64,000 bases of DNA, from positions 183,396,001 through 183,460,000 of the forward strand of contig NC_042998.1 in NCBI RefSeq assembly GCF_006345805.1. Reading direction: 5' to 3'. A model generated the notes under the pieces. The model was given only the letters and a program-made list of their open reading frames with translations. It did not search any database and was not told where the DNA came from. The position numbers and the translations under genes are program-made. Numbering within the stretch: the stretch's first letter is position 1; every line of letters begins with the position of its first letter. Source of the stretch: Octopus sinensis (Eukaryota). Shown here piece by piece: positions 61,801 through 64,000 of this stretch.

Positions 61801-64000
61801 TCAGCTTTATAGATATTGATTCGTTTTACCTTCATTATACTGCTATATTACTTTCTCTATTCCTTCATTTTCAATCTTTATTATTAGTTATTAACAATGA
61901 TTATCGTTAACTGAATTTTATCTTCCTTCCAGGCTGTGACTCCACCAAACGCTTTACAACCACCGTCAGGTCCCAGTAGCATGCCAACTGCTGCAGCTGT
62001 AGCTGCTGCAGCAGTTACTGCAAAGATCACAGCAATGGATGCTCAACAACAAGCTGTTGGTGTAATGGGTGGTAGTTTGGTGAGTATATTGCTTTCACTT
62101 AAGCTTTCATCCTCTCTCCAGCAACAGTAAAATAAAGTACCAATCATATACTAGAGTTGATTGAATTGACCGTTCCAAAACCTTTGTAAGCTTTCCAAGC
62201 CTGACATGGCTGCACTTGATGCTCACATTGGACTTAAGAAGGTTGAGCATCATTTAAGCAAAACATAGGTGGTGATGTGGATTACAAGGGATAACAGCTA
62301 TGAAAAATAAGGATTGGAAAAGCTTTTCAAATAAGGCAGTATTAGCTGCCTTCTGGGGGGATGGTAGAAAATTTTTTATGGGTACTTGGGATAAAAGGGG
62401 TAGTGGGGAGGTTGTAGGGGACAATAAGGCTTTTAAGTGATAACCTGCTAGTTAGCCACGATCACAACAATGACGATATCAATACTGGCAGAAACGTTAG
62501 CATGCCGGGCGAAATGCGTAGCCGTATTTCGTCTGCCATTATGTTCTGGGTTCAAATTCCGCCGAGGTCGACTTTGCCTTTCGTCCTTTCGGGGTCGATA
62601 AATTAAGTACCAGTTACGCACTGGGGTCGATGTAATCGACTTAATCCGTTTGTCTGTCCCTGTTTGTCCCCTCTGTGTGTAGCCCCTTGTGGGTAGTAAA
62701 GAAATATATCAATAAAAGACTTTGAAATGTGAATAAACAAACAACTAAAAGTATGCTATTTATGCATGTAAATTATAAGCGATAAACAAAAAAGTATTTC
62801 CATAAATACAATTAAGATAGCTACTGCACTTGTAGTGTTTGCTAGTGTCATGACTTGGATACAGATGCTACCTAAATGTCCTCCCACAAGATCAAAAAAT
62901 TGTGTGGATATTTAGATTAATGTCCAATTACAATTTTCTCATAAAACTTTTAAATTACCATTTCTCAAAAAATATTTTTAATTTTTACTTTGTGTGCTGA
63001 TCAAGGTTCAAACAGGTTTTTGTTATGGTCTTGAGAGACTGAGTCTTTACAATGCTATTTTAACCAAGTTATATATCCACGGACCTTTGGTAAATCAAGG
63101 GCCTAGTTTGATATCTACTGCCTGAATGCTGTTTGGTAATTGCTGTGTAAGATCATTAATTGTGAAGCGTACCTTTTGTTGTGACTTCAGAAATTTCAGC
63201 TGTTCATGTGTAGAAGAGACTGTTTCCATGTGAAGGGATTGACTTTTGATGTTGTTGAAGAAAATAGATGAAAGCGGATTTAACAATTATGTCTATGGAA
63301 GTAGTTCAAAATGTAACATGAAAGGACTTGTTGCAAGCAGATGATACATGTGCACAGAAGGTTACAGTGGAGTGAAAAGTGGTATGTTATTAGACATGGC
63401 AGCAAGTGGGGAAGAGTGGGACATATAAACTAAGTTTGGAGTTCACCATAATAGATAGAATTTAGATTGTAGAAGCAGTTTAATTGGAAACAGATGAGGC
63501 AAGAGACGCTGATGAAGCGCATATTGCAGGCAACTTGGCTAAGTTCTCATGCCAGATATAGTCTAGATTTGGGTCAACTGAGGTTTCGTTTTTAGAGTTG
63601 TACTCATGTGTGCATGTGTGTCTCTGTCCCCAAAAACTAATTAGAAAAATTTTCTATTTGATAAATTATTGATTCCTTTTTTTTCTTTCATTTTCTTGTG
63701 TAGGCACCACCTGGTCTAGCAATGCCAACTGCACTTGGAGCCAACAACAACATTGGAGCTACAGTATCAACCAGTGCATCTACATCAGCTGCCTCACCTC
63801 TGATGGATTCAGCCAGTCCCATTTTGAGCAGTTCTGGTATTGCCACATCACAAGTAACAACTGTAACAAACCAAACTGGTATTGCTGCGTCAGCTTCTCC
63901 TCTTTTCTGTTCTGAATCCATGGTTACTATTCCAGCACCTCTACCTGCAGCTGCTCCATTAACAGCTTCACAGACTCAGATGCAGGCATCCGCAGCAGCT
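21482..64000 (+). CDS. PUF60: Poly(U)-binding splicing factor PUF60 / half-pint, 3'-incomplete. Core exons: 21482-21538, 32998-33046, 53065-53273, 55024-55082, 57037-57250, 59397-59524, 60175-60246, 60664-60766, 61933-62079, 63704->64000 (445 codons in window)
   Basis: The spliced frame is open throughout with matching phases. It contains hallmark motifs [105 protein letters not shown] and [15 protein letters not shown]. Confidence 0.96.
21777..22186. mobile_element. 410-bp TIR element (~100-bp arms) flanked by a 15-bp direct repeat
   Basis: Arms ATCTTTCGTCTCTAGTAGACCTTTCCGTCG... and its reverse complement; TTATAAATTTTAATT at 21762-21776 and 22187-22201. Confidence 0.85.
22723..23058. repeat. 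Compound (TA)/(TATC) microsatellites
   Basis: Read directly from the sequence. Confidence 0.9.
26200..26505 (-). mobile_element. Two adjacent truncated SINE copies (13356 family)
   Basis: GGCGGAATTTGAACTCAGAACG and related motifs occur twice. Confidence 0.75.
29300..30021 (+). mobile_element. Degenerate Tc1/mariner transposon, DD37D (maT-like) transposase remnant with right TIR
   Basis: Across frameshifts it reads [16 protein letters not shown]...WPPN(S)PDCNP*D, EAVVEA. There are 37 residues between the 2nd and 3rd Asp after restoring one base. It ends GAACATCCTG|TA. Confidence 0.8.
31925..32727. repeat. Long foldback (inverted repeat): arms ~31925-32293 and ~32381-32727, 87-nt loop
   Basis: The arms are reverse-complementary along their length, with scattered substitutions and one ~27-nt indel. 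Confidence 0.9.
32998..33046 (+). CDS. PUF60: PUF60 coding exon 2 ([16 protein letters not shown]+G)
   Basis: Acceptor TTGTTGTTTCAG, donor G|GTAAGT. Phase 0 to 1 bridges exon 1 to the 53065 exon exactly. Confidence 0.85.
35151..35175 (+). CDS. PUF60: Candidate PUF60 microexon A (25 nt; GDEMLASF+GA)
   Basis: Acceptor TATTTTTCAG, donor GA|GTAGGT. In frame when joined to the 17-nt exon at 39234. Confidence 0.65.
35264..35330 (+). CDS. PUF60: Candidate PUF60 alternative exon B (67 nt)
   Basis: Long pyrimidine tract plus TTTGCAG acceptor, donor GAT|GTAAGA. Same phase (1 to 2) as exon A; open in both relevant frames. Confidence 0.45.
39234..39250 (+). CDS. PUF60: Candidate PUF60 microexon C (17 nt; +YIPVP+G)
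   Basis: Long T tract plus ATCAG acceptor, weak donor CTG|GTAGCT. Restores the frame after exon A or B. Confidence 0.6.
44690..45350 (-). mobile_element. Decayed L2/CR1-like LINE remnant
   Basis: Purine-rich on the plus strand with weak RT-like traces on the minus strand. Confidence 0.35.
45440..47340 (-). mobile_element. Decayed RTE LINE fragment (~1.9 kb)
   Basis: The minus strand reads [11 protein letters not shown]...[22 protein letters not shown] near 46.4-46.55 kb. Confidence 0.75.
47440..48600 (+). mobile_element. Two tRNA-SINE copies (47440-47790, 48238-48600; same family as 11412-11780) separated by a long TA/TG microsatellite
   Basis: CTTGGGCAA(A/G)TGTCTT core and GATAGAATAAGTACTAGGCTT body in both copies. 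Confidence 0.85.
48930..49175. repeat. Compound TA/TG microsatellite
   Basis: Read directly from the sequence; it generates spurious Y/I/M/C-rich ORFs. Confidence 0.9.
49175..50420. repeat. 634-bp tandem duplication; each unit contains a 450-bp foldback element (49271-49720, 49905-50354; 194-bp arms, 62-nt loop)
   Basis: The units appear identical except for (TA)n lengths. The arms start ATAAGCAACAAGTATATCCGAG. Confidence 0.92.
53065..53273 (+). CDS. PUF60: PUF60 exon ([11 protein letters not shown]...QTIAHQQQ)
   Basis: Contains the conserved [22 protein letters not shown] motif; ACAG acceptor, CAG|GTAAAT donor. Confidence 0.95.
53345..53882 (+). mobile_element. RTE 3'UTR copy with expanded ~40-bp internal repeats
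   Basis: Repeated GACTGGCTCC(C/T)GTGCCAGTGGCAC units followed by the standard tail. Confidence 0.85.
55024..55082 (+). CDS. PUF60: PUF60 exon ([20 protein letters not shown])
   Basis: TTTTCAG acceptor, AG|GTAAGT donor. Confidence 0.95.
55122..56529 (+). mobile_element. RTE LINE 3' 1.4 kb (RT end, post-RT region, 3'UTR, GAT tail), starting about 40 nt after a PUF60 donor
   Basis: [14 protein letters not shown] (YADD mutated); ORFs 55370-55717 and 55795-55998 (FCYLGD...[12 protein letters not shown]...LYGSETWA...GRGRPRKTW). Confidence 0.92.
57037..57250 (+). CDS. PUF60: PUF60 exon encoding RRM1
   Basis: Encodes [71 protein letters not shown]. Confidence 0.97.
57341..57687 (-). mobile_element. 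tRNA-derived SINE with a Nin/Deu-like central domain and an 8-bp TSD
   Basis: The minus strand reads GAAGGCGCATGGCTCAGTGGTTAG...TCGAATCCC, then TTGAGCAAGGCACTT...GCTCCAGTTCACTCAGCTG. AATATAAA at 57333-57340 and 57688-57695. Confidence 0.85.
58362..58735 (-). mobile_element. RTE 3' copy, antisense to PUF60
   Basis: (TCA)n followed by the reverse complement of the RTE 3'UTR. Confidence 0.85.
59397..59524 (+). CDS. PUF60: PUF60 exon (RRM1-RRM2 linker and RNP2 of RRM2)
   Basis: Encodes [43 protein letters not shown]. Confidence 0.96.
59604..59824. mobile_element. piggyBac-type MITE (221 bp)
   Basis: TTAA|CCCTTTCGTTAC ... GTAACGAAAGGG|TTAA. Confidence 0.88.
60175..60246 (+). CDS. PUF60: PUF60 exon (RRM2 middle)
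   Basis: Encodes [24 protein letters not shown]; TTTTAG acceptor, AA|GTATGC donor. Confidence 0.95.
60664..60766 (+). CDS. PUF60: PUF60 exon (RRM2 RNP1 and C-terminal half)
   Basis: Encodes [34 protein letters not shown]; branch-point-like GACTAAC upstream, AAG|GTAATT donor. Confidence 0.96.
61933..62079 (+). CDS. PUF60: PUF60 exon (AVTPP...[16 protein letters not shown]...)
   Basis: CCTTCCAG acceptor, TTG|GTGAGT donor, 49 codons. Confidence 0.94.
62485..62705 (+). mobile_element. 5'-clipped SINE (13356 family) with a 9-bp TSD
   Basis: ATATCAATA at 62476-62484 and 62706-62714. Confidence 0.88.
63704..64000 (+). CDS. PUF60: PUF60 exon, Ala/Ser/Thr/Pro-rich linker; continues beyond the window
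   Basis: Long pyrimidine tract plus TAG acceptor; 99 open codons [12 protein letters not shown]...QASAAA in phase 0. Confidence 0.88.

Noticed and set aside
63688-63921. Minus-strand ORFs at 63688-63921, 57040-57228 and 53082-53420
   Set aside because: They are antisense shadows of PUF60 coding exons.

Overview
This is AT-rich eukaryotic genomic DNA. The repeat families resemble those of Octopus: RTE LINE 3' ends with (GAT)n tails, tRNA-derived SINEs and TTAA piggyBac-type MITEs. The species assignment is an inference. The ORF track misses both real genes, which I assembled by hand from splice sites. (1) NHP2, an H/ACA snoRNP core protein, is complete on the minus strand with 4 coding exons (15331->5813, 139 aa). 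(2) PUF60/half-pint, a poly(U)-binding splicing factor, is on the plus strand. It starts at ATG 21482, has 10 frame-consistent coding exons including RRM1 and RRM2, and runs off the end of the window before the UHM domain. The two genes are head-to-head, about 6.1 kb apart ATG to ATG, inside a visibly CpG-retaining domain. The most interesting signal is in the 20-kb PUF60 intron 2, which holds three small candidate exons (25, 67 and 17 nt). Only the pairs 25+17 and 67+17 keep the frame, and every other combination gives a premature stop. Several strong U-rich 3' splice sites nearby lead directly to stops. Together these suggest an autoregulatory AS-NMD switch. In RRM2 the RNP1 glycine is genomically Ser (AGT), a candidate restorative A-to-I recoding site that overlaps a NAGNAG acceptor. 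The rest of the window is LINE, SINE and MITE remnants, long foldback elements, local duplications and microsatellites.
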